Below are positions 10,755-20,907 of a stretch of 64,000 nucleotides of DNA, one piece after another (within the stretch, counting starts at the first letter, position 1; each line of letters begins with the position of its first letter). A program made the translations under genes and the position numbers. The notes beneath the pieces are model-generated. The model was not told where the DNA came from. It saw nothing but the letters and a program-made list of their open reading frames with translations, and did no database searches. This DNA comes from a virus (Duplodnaviria > Caudoviricetes): IMG/VR virus record IMGVR_UViG_3300028283_000231, one strand, 5' to 3'.

Positions 10755-11967
10755 TAATATATGTCCTATAACAAATAGTAAAAAGAAATTAAAATATTTT
10801 GATCTTGGTGAAATGCCATTAGTTAATAATTTAACCGATACATTCGAGGAATCTTTATTCGTAAAAAAATATCCATTATCTGTATCTTTATTCGACGAAT
10901 CAAATCTTAGTGTACTCGATGTTATTATAGATCCAGACGAAATGTTTGAAAATTATACATTTAGATCAAGCACCAATAAACCGTATTTTTTTCATTGTAA
11001 AAAAATGTACCTGTACTTACAAGATTTCATAGATATTAAAAAAGAAGATTTGTGTATTGATATCGGTGGGAATGACGGTACTTTATTACTGGCGTTTAAC
11101 GAAGTAAGTAAAGATATGGATTTACCAATCTGTGATAAAATAAATATAGATCCAGCCAAAAATATATCAAAAATATCTATCAGTAAAGGCATCAACACGA
11201 TGGTAGAATATTTCGGTGAAAACACATATAAAAACATAGATAAAAAAGCCAAATTAATAATATCTACAAACGTATTCCAACACCTGTACGATATAAAGAG
11301 TTTTGTAAAAGGTATAAATAACTTATTAGATGATAATGGTATATGGTGTTTAGAATTTCCGTATTGGGCATATACAATGGAAACAAATCAGTTTGATCAA
11401 GTTTATCACGAACACATATATTATTATTTAGTTACACCACTTAAACAATTCTTTGAAAATAATAATTTGAAAATAATTAACATATCAGAACATTTCATTC
11501 ACGGTGGTTCATTAAGATTAATCATAACTAAAAAAGGATCAAATAGAGAACCAGATCATACCATACAACCTTATATAGACAAAGAAAAGAAATACGATAT
11601 AAATTATTACGATAATTGGTACGTTAAAGTTAACGAACATTTGGAAAAATGTAGAGAAGTTTTAAGAAATTTAAATGGTAATTTATTTGGTTTCGGTGCA
11701 GCGGCCAAAGGATGCATTTTTTTAAATACTTTAAATTTGAATTATAATGATATTCAATATGTTATAGATGATACAGTTTTAAAACAGAATAAATACATAC
11801 CTGGAACTGGAATTAAAATAATAGACAGATCAATCATTAAGGTTTACGATATAGATTACATACTTATATTAGCACATAATTTTGCTGATTATATTATGAA
11901 ATCTTTAAACGAATACGGTTATAAAGGAAAATATATTATTCTTCTACCTGAAATAAAAATAATTTAA
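10744..11967 (+). CDS. NDP-hexose C-methyltransferase (Methyltransf_13/14-type)
   Basis: DLGEMPLVN, IDIGGNDGTLL, FDQVYHEHIYYY, IHGGSLR, FGAAAKG, YILILAHNF. Confidence 0.85.
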   Translation: MINNNICPITNSKKKLKYFDLGEMPLVNNLTDTFEESLFVKKYPLSVSLFDESNLSVLDVIIDPDEMFENYTFRSSTNKPYFFHCKKMYLYLQDFIDIKKEDLCIDIGGNDGTLLLAFNEVSKDMDLPICDKINIDPAKNISKISISKGINTMVEYFGENTYKNIDKKAKLIISTNVFQHLYDIKSFVKGINNLLDDNGIWCLEFPYWAYTMETNQFDQVYHEHIYYYLVTPLKQFFENNNLKIINISEHFIHGGSLRLIITKKGSNREPDHTIQPYIDKEKKYDINYYDNWYVKVNEHLEKCREVLRNLNGNLFGFGAAAKGCIFLNTLNLNYNDIQYVIDDTVLKQNKYIPGTGIKIIDRSIIKVYDIDYILILAHNFADYIMKSLNEYGYKGKYIILLPEIKII

Positions 11968-11971
11968 TAAA

Positions 11972-12529
11972 ATGATAAGTTATATACCAACAAAAAGAGA
12001 AAATCCAAAAGTTATGACTGATATGCCATCAGCCTGGTGCGATATACCAACTATCCTTAAAGATATTATAGATAGATTTAATATTAAACAAAATAAAGCA
12101 CTAGAATTCGGCGTTGAATGGGGTTACTCCACATCAGCCTTATCTAACTACTTCGAAACAGTCACAGGAGTCGATACATTCACCGGCGACGTTAACTCCT
12201 ACCTCAAAGAAAATCACTTTGAAAAAACTAAAGATCTACTAAAAGATTATAAAAATATTCAACTTGTGGAGTCTGATTATCAAGATTTTATAAAAAATAA
12301 TAACGATATTTACGATTTAATTCACGTGGATATTGTGCATAATTATGACCAAACTTATAAATGTGGAGAGTGGTGTGTTCAACATTCTAAAATTACTATA
12401 TTCCACGACACCATATCTTTTGCGGAGGTTTATAAAGTATGTGAAGATTTATCCAATAAGTATAATTTAGAATTTTACAATTATCCAAATTCTAACGGTT
12501 TAGGTATATTAATTAATAACAGTATATGA
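11972..12529 (+). CDS. Class I SAM methyltransferase (Methyltransf_24-like)
   Basis: ALEFGVEWGYST, DLIHVDIVHNY, IFHDT. Confidence 0.7.
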   Translation: MISYIPTKRENPKVMTDMPSAWCDIPTILKDIIDRFNIKQNKALEFGVEWGYSTSALSNYFETVTGVDTFTGDVNSYLKENHFEKTKDLLKDYKNIQLVESDYQDFIKNNNDIYDLIHVDIVHNYDQTYKCGEWCVQHSKITIFHDTISFAEVYKVCEDLSNKYNLEFYNYPNSNGLGILINNSI

Positions 12530-13176
12530 GAGAACTTTACATCTATCATCACATGGGGCTAGGTGACCATTTAATTTGCCATGGCATCATTAGACACTAC
12601 GCTAATGAATACGATGTGGTGCATAATTTTGTAAAACCTCATAATTTTAAGAGTGTAAGTTTCATGTACAGAGATTTAAAGAACGTTGATTTAATTGAGG
12701 ATTACGATCAAGACGCTGAAAAATATACAAAAAATGTATTAAAAATAGGATTTGATAATTTGTTTTACGGTGGTAATACTTTTGATAAAGGGTTTTACGA
12801 ACAAATTGGTTTACCATTTGAAAATAGATGGGAATTATTTAAAATTGAAAGGGATATTAAGAAAGAAAAAACAATTTATAACGAATATAATATAACAGGC
12901 AATTATAATTTTGTACACGATGATAGTAGATTTCCTATTCCGTTGCAGTATAAAAACAATAGTGTTTCACCTAGAATTGGTTTAACAGAAAACATATTTG
13001 ATTATTTGACGTTAATAGAAAAGGCTGATGAAATACATTGTATAGAAAGTAGTTTTCTATTTATGATTGATTCCGTTATTAAAGGAAAAAAGGTTTTCGT
13101 ACACAGATCCTCAAGATGGAACCCAAGTAACGAAATACCACATTATAGTAATAAAAATGAATATATTATATTATGA
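12526..13176 (+). CDS. Conserved glycan-cluster protein, possibly GT-B fold
   Basis: HHMGLGDHL N-terminal loop (GxGD, as in GT9-like enzymes), ADEIHCIESSF. Confidence 0.4.
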   Translation: MRELYIYHHMGLGDHLICHGIIRHYANEYDVVHNFVKPHNFKSVSFMYRDLKNVDLIEDYDQDAEKYTKNVLKIGFDNLFYGGNTFDKGFYEQIGLPFENRWELFKIERDIKKEKTIYNEYNITGNYNFVHDDSRFPIPLQYKNNSVSPRIGLTENIFDYLTLIEKADEIHCIESSFLFMIDSVIKGKKVFVHRSSRWNPSNEIPHYSNKNEYIIL

Positions 13177-13703
13177 AATATAAACAAGCAATTATAGAAT
13201 CAATGGAATTACTATCCAAAGATACAAAAACACTGTTCCTTGGATACGGTATTAAATACGGCGGTAAAGCTGGTGGTACCTTATCAACAATAAATACTGA
13301 ACAATTAATAGAAACTCCGTTGGCTGAAAACTTAATGGCTGGTTTATCAGTAGGATTATCTATTGAAGGATATAAACCAGTTTTATTTGTGGAAAGATTC
13401 GATTTCATCTTAAACGCTTTAGACGCTATTGTTAATCACCTTGATAAATTTAAAATTATATCAGAAAATCAATATAAACCTAAAGTCATAATAAGAACCT
13501 GTATTGGTAGAAGATTATCTCCGTTTTTAACTGGACCAACTCATACTCAGGACTTTACAGATGCTATGAAAGAATTAGTATCTTTTCCCATATTAAGACC
13601 AAGAACAGCAAGTGAATTAATTGATTGTTACAAGATGGCTTATAATTATAATGATAGTGTTATGATTGTAGAGGAGTTGGACTTATATGATATTGATTTC
13701 TAA
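13173..13703 (+). CDS. ThDP-dependent E1 beta / transketolase pyrimidine-binding subunit (short, lacks the C-terminal domain)
   Basis: LIETPLAENLMAGLSVGLSIEGYKPV, DAIVNH, GPTHTQD; 176 aa. Confidence 0.8.
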   Translation: MKYKQAIIESMELLSKDTKTLFLGYGIKYGGKAGGTLSTINTEQLIETPLAENLMAGLSVGLSIEGYKPVLFVERFDFILNALDAIVNHLDKFKIISENQYKPKVIIRTCIGRRLSPFLTGPTHTQDFTDAMKELVSFPILRPRTASELIDCYKMAYNYNDSVMIVEELDLYDIDF

Positions 13704-13719
13704 AAAATAATGTAAAGAT

Positions 13720-14772
13720 GTGACTTCTAATAAATATGACGATAAGAAGATAGTTTGGTTTCCAGAGAAATTGTTCTCAATGAAAGATGATATAGTGAAA
13801 CCACCTATATATGTAAGAGTAAAACCTATAAATAGATGTTGCCATAAATGTTTCTTTTGTGTATATAACAGTGATTTTTCAAATATGCACGAAACAATGG
13901 ATAAGAAAGACATTTTAAGTAAAGATAAAATGTTTGAAATACTTGATGATTTTAAAGATATGGGAGTTAAAGCCATAACCTACTCTGGTGGTGGTGAACC
14001 ATTAATGCATCCAAATATATTAGATATAATAAGAAAAACAAAAGAAAATGGAATTGATTTATCAATAATAACTAACGGTCAATTATTGAAAGGTGAAATA
14101 GCTAAAGAATTTTACGATAGTAAATGGGTTAGAGTATCAGTAGATTATTTTAATAGTAAATTGTTTAGTGAATCAAGAGGAGTAAAAGAGAAATTCTTTT
14201 ACGAAATTGTTGAAAATATAAAAGATTTTGTTGAAAATAAAAATAAAGAATGTGAAATAACATTAAATTATATAATAACAAAAATTAATCACGACACTAT
14301 ATACGAAGCTTGTAAATTCTTTAAAGACTTAGGAATTGATAATATAAGACTATCACCAATGTGGACACCGGATTTTATGGAATATCATAAAGATATTAAG
14401 GACTTGGTGCTTAGTTCAATAGATAAAGCTAGGAATGATTTACAGGACGATAGTTATATGGTATATGATAGTTACAGAATAACACCAGATGCGACTAAAA
14501 GAACTTATCATAAATGTTACGTGATGCAGATAATACCTGTAATTGGGGCTGATGGTATTGTTTATAATTGTCACAATAAAGCTTACTCAGAAGATGGTGT
14601 GATAGGGGATATTAATAATCAATCGTTTAAAGAAATGTGGTTTAGTAAAGAAACAAATGAATATTTTAAGACGTTTGATCCAGTGGTACATTGTAATCAT
14701 CAGTGTTCGAACGATAATAAAAATATTATTATTCGTGACTTGGTAAATGTTTACGGTGATAATTTTGTATAA
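13720..14772 (+). CDS. Radical SAM protein with SPASM/twitch-like C-terminus
   Basis: CCHKCFFC (CxxxCxxC), SGGGEPLMHP, ITNG, GADG.VYNC...CNHQC. Confidence 0.85.
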   Translation: MTSNKYDDKKIVWFPEKLFSMKDDIVKPPIYVRVKPINRCCHKCFFCVYNSDFSNMHETMDKKDILSKDKMFEILDDFKDMGVKAITYSGGGEPLMHPNILDIIRKTKENGIDLSIITNGQLLKGEIAKEFYDSKWVRVSVDYFNSKLFSESRGVKEKFFYEIVENIKDFVENKNKECEITLNYIITKINHDTIYEACKFFKDLGIDNIRLSPMWTPDFMEYHKDIKDLVLSSIDKARNDLQDDSYMVYDSYRITPDATKRTYHKCYVMQIIPVIGADGIVYNCHNKAYSEDGVIGDINNQSFKEMWFSKETNEYFKTFDPVVHCNHQCSNDNKNIIIRDLVNVYGDNFV

Positions 14773-14785
14773 AATAAATATAAAT

Positions 14786-15391
14786 ATGAATAAAGAAGAT
14801 TTAATTAATTTTGAGAAAGAAGTCATAGAAATGTTTGAGGATGGTGACGTGCCTTATCTTTTACATATATGTGGGGGAAACGAAGAAGAGTTAATAAATA
14901 TATTTAAAAACATTAAACAGACTGATTATAAAATATCAACTCATAGAACGCACTATCATTATTTGCTTTCGGGTGGTGATCCAGTTAAATTAAAAGAAGA
15001 TATAAAGAGAGGTAAGAGTATGTTTATTTTTGATAAAGAATTAAATTTCTTATCTACTTCTATTGTAGCTGGTGGACCTTGTATAGCGGCCGGTATAGCT
15101 TACGGTTTAAAAATGAAAAATTCAGATCAAAAAGTTTGGTGTTTCTTGGGTGACGGAGCAGAGGATGAAGGACATTTTTACGAGGCAGTAAGATTTGTAG
15201 ATGGTTACGATTTACCGTGTACTTTTGTAATAGAAGATAACAATAGGAACGTATCTACAACAAGAGAACAAAGAATGGGTAAATCAACAATCGTTTGGCC
15301 TTCTTGTGTAGTCAGATATAACTACGTAGCAACGTTTCCACACACTGGGACAAATAGTGGTAAAAGAATAAATTTTAAATTCAATTCTTAA
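14786..15391 (+). CDS. ThDP-dependent E1 alpha subunit
   Basis: STHRTHYH, GDGAEDEGHFYEA...FVIEDNN ThDP-binding motif. The ATG at 14786 is preferred over the ORF-track start at 14747. Confidence 0.8.
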   Translation: MNKEDLINFEKEVIEMFEDGDVPYLLHICGGNEEELINIFKNIKQTDYKISTHRTHYHYLLSGGDPVKLKEDIKRGKSMFIFDKELNFLSTSIVAGGPCIAAGIAYGLKMKNSDQKVWCFLGDGAEDEGHFYEAVRFVDGYDLPCTFVIEDNNRNVSTTREQRMGKSTIVWPSCVVRYNYVATFPHTGTNSGKRINFKFNS

Positions 15392-15438
15392 ACAAACCCT
15401 TCTTTTTCTAGTATATTCTAAAAAACAATCATATAACG

Positions 15439-16665
15439 ATGAAAGAACTTTTTACGCTTGGTAAGTTAAACGTATCAGACTTTATTCCAACAAATAAAAT
15501 CACTTTATTCACTAAACCACACGAACTTAAATTGATGTTGGAAGAAGAAACTGGCGCTGTTAGATTAGAAAAACCAGCTCCAATGGACGCAATGTACGGT
15601 AAATACTGGTACAGAAGTGGTATCAATCAAACAATGCGAGACGAACTTAAAAATGTTGTAGAATCTGTATTAAAAGTACATAAATTAAAAGAGAATGATA
15701 TTTGGCTAGATATAGCTTGTAATGACGGCACGATGTTTGAATTTATGCCAAAGAATATAATAAAAGTTGGAGTTGATCCTTGTGACGATTCTTATAAAGA
15801 CGAGTCTGAAAAGAAGGCAGATTGTATAGTTCAAGATTATTTCAATTACGAAAATTATAGTAAATCTAAATTCGGTAAAATGAAAGCTAAAGTTATATCT
15901 ATCATAGCAATGTTCTACGATTTAGATAAACCAGATCCTTTCTTACAAGACGTCTTTAAAGTTTTAGATGACGATGGTTTATTGGTTATGCAAATGAGTT
16001 ATACACCATTAATGATAAAACAATTAGCATTTGATAATATTTGTCACGAACACATTTACTACTACTCTCTTTTCAATATAAAGAAAATACTTGAAAGAAA
16101 CGGATTTAGTGTAGTAGATTGTACATTAAACGATATTAACGGTGGTAGTTTCAGAGTCTTTATGAAGAAGACTGGGCACGAGAATGAATTTTACACACAA
16201 CCGTATCGAGACGTTGCTAATTTTAGAGTAGATTCTTTATTAGAGTATGAAAAGACATTGAAATTAGATAGTGAAGAAACTTGGTTAGATTTCTTTCGTA
16301 GAATAAATGAATTAAAAGTACAAACAGTTAAATTTATTAAAGAAGCAAAAGCTAATGGTAAAACTGTTTGGGGATACGGGGCGTCGACGAAAGGTAACAC
16401 TACACTTCAATATTTTGGTCTAGATGAAACATTAATCGATGGTATAGCAGAAAGAAGTACTTATAAATGGGGATTAAAGACAAGTGGCACTAATATTCCA
16501 ATTTATTCAGAAGAAGAGATGAGACACGCAAAACCCGATTATCTTTTAATTTTACCGTGGCATTTTATAAATGAATTTAAAGAAAGAGAAAAAGATTATT
16601 TGATAGGTGGAGGAAAATTCATTGTTCCTTGCCCAAAATTTGAAGTTGTGAGTTATGGAAAATGA
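15439..16665 (+). CDS. NDP-hexose C-methyltransferase, second copy
   Basis: YWYRSG.N..M, DIACNDGT, FDNICHEHIYYYS, NGGSFR, YGASTKGNT, LILPWHF. Confidence 0.85.
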   Translation: MKELFTLGKLNVSDFIPTNKITLFTKPHELKLMLEEETGAVRLEKPAPMDAMYGKYWYRSGINQTMRDELKNVVESVLKVHKLKENDIWLDIACNDGTMFEFMPKNIIKVGVDPCDDSYKDESEKKADCIVQDYFNYENYSKSKFGKMKAKVISIIAMFYDLDKPDPFLQDVFKVLDDDGLLVMQMSYTPLMIKQLAFDNICHEHIYYYSLFNIKKILERNGFSVVDCTLNDINGGSFRVFMKKTGHENEFYTQPYRDVANFRVDSLLEYEKTLKLDSEETWLDFFRRINELKVQTVKFIKEAKANGKTVWGYGASTKGNTTLQYFGLDETLIDGIAERSTYKWGLKTSGTNIPIYSEEEMRHAKPDYLLILPWHFINEFKEREKDYLIGGGKFIVPCPKFEVVSYGK

Positions 16666-16813
16666 ACAATTACCAATAGTTAAAAGATTATTGGATCAAA
16701 TAGGTGATAGAGATATCGTGGGGTACGGATCGTCTGTTAAAAAAGAACTCATAGTTGACGAAAATTATCATATTTTTCTATTTTTAAAACAAAAAGGTAG
16801 AAAAATAATATAA
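16655..16813 (+). CDS. Small hypothetical protein (52 aa, below the ORF-track cutoff)
   Basis: Read by eye: MENEQLPIVKRLLDQIGDRDIVGYGSS...; overlaps the 3' end of the upstream gene. Confidence 0.45.
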   Translation: MENEQLPIVKRLLDQIGDRDIVGYGSSVKKELIVDENYHIFLFLKQKGRKII

Positions 16814-16828
16814 AATAAAAAAAAGATT

Positions 16829-16990
16829 ATGGGAAGACCTAAGATAAAAGATAAGAAAGTTGTTATGTCGATAACAATCAACGAATTACTCAATGAAAAA
16901 TTAGATAAATATATAGGAGAGAAAAAACTAAGTAAATCGGAGTATGTTGAGTATCTTATCAAAAAAGATATTCATAAAGATGCATCCTAA
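16829..16990 (+). CDS. Ribbon-helix-helix (CopG/Arc-like) DNA-binding protein, 53 aa
   Basis: Read by eye: MGRPKIKDKKVVMSITINELLNEKLDKYIGEKKLSKSEYVEYLIKKDIHKDAS. Confidence 0.65.
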   Translation: MGRPKIKDKKVVMSITINELLNEKLDKYIGEKKLSKSEYVEYLIKKDIHKDAS

Positions 16991-17753
16991 TATTATTTCT
17001 GTCTCACGAAGAGAAGATATTCCGGGTTTTGATAACAGATCAGAATGGTTTATGCAAAAATTGAAAGAAGGTAAAATTGATCTTTCTAATTTTTACCAGA
17101 GTTATGAAGTATCTTTTGATAAGACTTACTTTGCTGTGTTCTGGACTAAAAATCCAAGACCCTTTATGAAACATATAAAGGATTTACCATTTAACTATTA
17201 TTTTCAATATACTCTAAATGATTATCCCGAATACGAACTTCGTGTTCCACCCTTAGAAGAAAGAATACAAACATTTAAAGATTTATCTACTGAAATAGGA
17301 CAAGAAAAAGTTATATGGAGATTCGATCCTATTATAGTCAATGACGATATAAGTGAAGACGAAATCGTTAAAAGAATTAAAAATATTGGCGATCAAATAT
17401 ATCAATACACCAATAAATTAGTCTTTAGTTACATTGATCCTTATAAAAAATTAGCTAAATATTTTAAAGAAATAGATGACAGAACCAAAATATCTATAGC
17501 AGAAAAACTCATAGAACTAAATAAAATATGGGGATTAACATTAGCAACATGTGCTGAAGTGATTAATTTAGATGGGATTGAACACAATAAATGTATTGAT
17601 CCTGTTTTAATAGAGCAGATTTGTGGTCCTAATAAATGGATAACAAGGAAAAAGGATAAGGCTCAGAGACCAGTTTGTGGTTGTATTGCTAGTGCTGATA
17701 TAGGAACATTTAAAACATGTAGACATTGCTGCACCTATTGCTACGCTAGTTAA
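16980..17753 (+). CDS. DUF1848 family protein (spore-photoproduct-lyase-related, putative DNA repair)
   Basis: IISVSRREDIP, VFWTKNP, QYTLNDY, VIWRFDPI, RPVCGC..S.DIG...CRHCCTYCYA. The ATG at 16980 is preferred. Confidence 0.8.
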   Translation: MHPNIISVSRREDIPGFDNRSEWFMQKLKEGKIDLSNFYQSYEVSFDKTYFAVFWTKNPRPFMKHIKDLPFNYYFQYTLNDYPEYELRVPPLEERIQTFKDLSTEIGQEKVIWRFDPIIVNDDISEDEIVKRIKNIGDQIYQYTNKLVFSYIDPYKKLAKYFKEIDDRTKISIAEKLIELNKIWGLTLATCAEVINLDGIEHNKCIDPVLIEQICGPNKWITRKKDKAQRPVCGCIASADIGTFKTCRHCCTYCYAS

Positions 17754-17768
17754 AAAATAAATAATATA

Positions 17769-18992
17769 ATGTATTACGCTGAAAATGAAACAGATAAATA
17801 TATAAGGGAAACTTATTTTCCTGATTTTTCTTATAGGGGGATTATGGTTGAAGTAGGTGCTGGTCCTCCAGAGTGGATTAGTATGTCAAAACATTTTAGG
17901 GAAGAAGGTTGGAGATGTATTTGTGTAGAGCCTAATCCTAAATTCGTAAAGATGCACAAAGAAGCTGGTAATGAAATATATCAATGTGCTTGTTCGAACG
18001 ATGATAAAGTTTCAAATTTTAAAATTGTAAATACACATAATTGGGACGAAGATAAAGAAGGAGTGAGCTATTCTTCACTAGGAATAAGATACATGCCGTT
18101 TGATCCTAATAAAAATGAAGTCGAAAATATACAAGTAGAAGTTAAAAAATTAAATACTATCTTAGAAAATGTTAATGTACAACACGTTGATTTTGTGTCT
18201 ATTGATACAGAGGGATGGGAGATTGATGTAATGATGGGGTTTGATGTAGTTAGATATAATCCTAAAGTTATATTACTTGAAAATTACGGTCATAATTCAA
18301 ATTATACAACTTATATGGAGAGTTTGGGTTATTATTTAGATAAAAAAATAGAATTTAATTATATGTATGTGAAAAAGAATATAAATTATTACGGACAGCA
18401 TGGTGAAGACAAGGTTATAGAAAAATATTTCCCAGGAGGATTTGTAGGAGGTTGTATAGATATTGGGGCCACAGATGGAGTATCCATTAGTAATACTTTA
18501 CATTTTGAACAGAACGGTTGGTATTGTTTGTGTGTTGAGCCAAATCCTAAATTCTATAATAATTTGAAGAATAATAGAAAGAACGCTTTAAATTTGGCTG
18601 TATCAGATCACAATGAGGATTTTGCTACTTTTAATATAGTTGTTTTGAATAATCAAATAGAGGACGCTATAAGCAGTTTGAAAATTGATGATAGATTAAT
18701 AAAAGATCACTCTCAATACGATATAAAAATAATACCTATAACTTGTGATATAAGAACTCTTGATTATTGTATTGATAATCATTATAAATATGATACAATT
18801 GATTTTGTAAGCGTTGACACAGAAGGGACAGAATTAGATGTTTTAAAGGGGTTTGATATTAATAAGTGGAGCCCTAAATTATTTATCATTGAGAACAATT
18901 ACGAAGATAAAAACATAGAGGAGTATATGAACAGTTTTGGTTACGTGAAAGATCAGAGATTAGCTGTTAACGATTTTTATATTAAAAAATAA
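17769..18992 (+). CDS. Tandem double FkbM methyltransferase
   Basis: Two repeats of (V/I)(E/D)(V/I)GA...CVEPNPKF...FVS(I/V)DTEG.E.DV..GFD. Confidence 0.85.
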   Translation: MYYAENETDKYIRETYFPDFSYRGIMVEVGAGPPEWISMSKHFREEGWRCICVEPNPKFVKMHKEAGNEIYQCACSNDDKVSNFKIVNTHNWDEDKEGVSYSSLGIRYMPFDPNKNEVENIQVEVKKLNTILENVNVQHVDFVSIDTEGWEIDVMMGFDVVRYNPKVILLENYGHNSNYTTYMESLGYYLDKKIEFNYMYVKKNINYYGQHGEDKVIEKYFPGGFVGGCIDIGATDGVSISNTLHFEQNGWYCLCVEPNPKFYNNLKNNRKNALNLAVSDHNEDFATFNIVVLNNQIEDAISSLKIDDRLIKDHSQYDIKIIPITCDIRTLDYCIDNHYKYDTIDFVSVDTEGTELDVLKGFDINKWSPKLFIIENNYEDKNIEEYMNSFGYVKDQRLAVNDFYIKK

Positions 18993-19001
18993 GATTAATT
19001 A

Positions 19002-19253
19002 ATGGAAACATTTGGAAATTTAGTGGACAAACTTACGATAGTAAATCTTAAAATATGGAAATATGAAGATATTAAAAGAGACTCTAAAGAGGATAGTGAA
19101 ATAGCTGAGGCCACTAGAAAAACAAATATATTAAATCAACAGAGAACAGATTTAATACAAGAAATTGACGAGATGTTGATTGAAGCTTCTAAAGGTAAAA
19201 TATCATTCAAGAATTATAAACAGGGTGATACAAAAAGTTACGGTAAGAAATGA
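19002..19253 (+). CDS. DUF4254-like helical protein
   Basis: LVDKLTIVNLKIWKYEDIKR...NQQRTDLIQEIDE. Confidence 0.55.
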   Translation: METFGNLVDKLTIVNLKIWKYEDIKRDSKEDSEIAEATRKTNILNQQRTDLIQEIDEMLIEASKGKISFKNYKQGDTKSYGKK

Positions 19254-19930
19254 CTACAAATTTCATAACATACTACGATGATAAAGGTGATAGTAGATAT
19301 TTAAGAGAGGCTAATAGGACTAAAAATAGTGCTGTTAAATTTTTTGACAGTGTTACTGTTTATAATAGAGATACTTTAATTAAAGAACCTTTTTACGAAG
19401 ATAATAAAACCATATTAGATCAAACTAGATACGCTGGTTGGTGTCTTTGGAAACCATTTTATATTCACAAAAAATTAATGGAAATGGAATATGGTGACGT
19501 TCTTTTTTATATGGATGTAGGTGATATATTACATTATAATATAAAAGGTTTTTTGTTAAGTATAATAGAACAAAATGACGGTTTCTTCTTAGTTCAGTCC
19601 ACTCACTCCAATAAAGTTTGGACAACCAAAGATTGTTTTGTTTTAATGGGGTGTGACGAACCTAAATACTGGGAAGCCAACCAATTAGAGGCGGGTGCTA
19701 TAGGATTTAAGAAAACTGATGAAACAATTAAATTTGTAGAAGAGTGGTTAATGTTTTGTAAAAATGAACATATTTTAACTAAAAATAATATAAATGAAAA
19801 CCATTCTGAATATTGTGGTGATAATAGGGCAGATCAATCTGTTTTAACTAATTTGAAAATTAAACACGATATTAAAACGGTATCTATTTTTTCCATCTTA
19901 ACGTTCATTCAACATAATATACCAGGATAA
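19250..19930 (+). CDS. Putative GT-A glycosyltransferase
   Basis: WCLWKPFYI, LFYMDVG, QLEAG, ADQSVL. Confidence 0.45.
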   Translation: MTTNFITYYDDKGDSRYLREANRTKNSAVKFFDSVTVYNRDTLIKEPFYEDNKTILDQTRYAGWCLWKPFYIHKKLMEMEYGDVLFYMDVGDILHYNIKGFLLSIIEQNDGFFLVQSTHSNKVWTTKDCFVLMGCDEPKYWEANQLEAGAIGFKKTDETIKFVEEWLMFCKNEHILTKNNINENHSEYCGDNRADQSVLTNLKIKHDIKTVSIFSILTFIQHNIPG

Positions 19931-19944
19931 AATAATGAAATTTA

Positions 19945-20907
19945 ATGAGAGTATTAATAACAGGAGGATTAGGTTTTATAGGTTCAAATTTAGCGACAAT
20001 TCTTTCTAACACTGGTAATGAAGTTACTGTGATAGACAATTTAAATCCGCTTTACGGTGGCAACGAATTTAATTTATTCGACGCCAATAAAGATAATATT
20101 AAAGTAGTTAAAGGCGACGTTAGAGATAAGGAATTATTAAATGAATTAATTAAAGACGTTGATGTAGTTTTTCATTTCGCTGCACAGGTTAGTTATATTG
20201 ATAGTTTGAGTATGGTATATGAAGACGCTGATGTTAATTCAGTTTCCACTTTAAATATACTTGAAAGTATTAAAAAAATAAATCCTAATATCCTTGTATT
20301 TTTCACTAGTTCTAGATTAGTTTACGGTAAAGTTGATGTTATGGTTAATGAAGAATACGCTACAGTGCCAACATCAATATACGGTACTCATAAATTAACG
20401 TCTGAAAGATATTTGGAAATATATCATAGAAATTTTGGTATTCCTTATGTCATATTAAGATTGGCTAATCCTTACGGTATTAAGCAACAAATGAAACACA
20501 GTAAGTATTCTATGGTTGGTTGGTTTATTCGACAAGCGATGGAAGGTAAGACTATAAATATATTTGGGGACGGTAATCAAAATAGAGATTATATTTATAT
20601 AGATGATATTATTTCAGCCATATTAAATCTTATAAATGAAAATTATTATAATAACATTTATAACTTGGGTTATGGTCATTCGATAAGATTTAAGGATATG
20701 GTGGAAAAAATTGTAAGTATTGTTAAATGTGGTGAAGTTAAATACGTTGAGTGGCCATCAAATTACGAAAAGATTGAAACTGGCAATTTTGAGATAGATA
20801 ATCGTAAATTAATAAGAATTGGATGGTACCCTAAAATAACTTTTGAAGAAGGTATATTTAAAACTTACGATTTTTATAAAAAATATAAAGAACATTATTT
20901 CACATGA
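19945..20907 (+). CDS. NAD-dependent nucleotide-sugar epimerase/dehydratase (extended SDR)
   Basis: LITGGLGFIGS, VFHFAAQ, TSS, YGTHK (YxxxK), RDYIYIDD. Confidence 0.9.
   Translation: MRVLITGGLGFIGSNLATILSNTGNEVTVIDNLNPLYGGNEFNLFDANKDNIKVVKGDVRDKELLNELIKDVDVVFHFAAQVSYIDSLSMVYEDADVNSVSTLNILESIKKINPNILVFFTSSRLVYGKVDVMVNEEYATVPTSIYGTHKLTSERYLEIYHRNFGIPYVILRLANPYGIKQQMKHSKYSMVGWFIRQAMEGKTINIFGDGNQNRDYIYIDDIISAILNLINENYYNNIYNLGYGHSIRFKDMVEKIVSIVKCGEVKYVEWPSNYEKIETGNFEIDNRKLIRIGWYPKITFEEGIFKTYDFYKKYKEHYFT

Noticed and set aside
13173-15391. Auxiliary metabolic pyruvate dehydrogenase
   Set aside because: No E2 or E3 is present, the beta subunit is truncated, and the pair is embedded among NDP-sugar enzymes.
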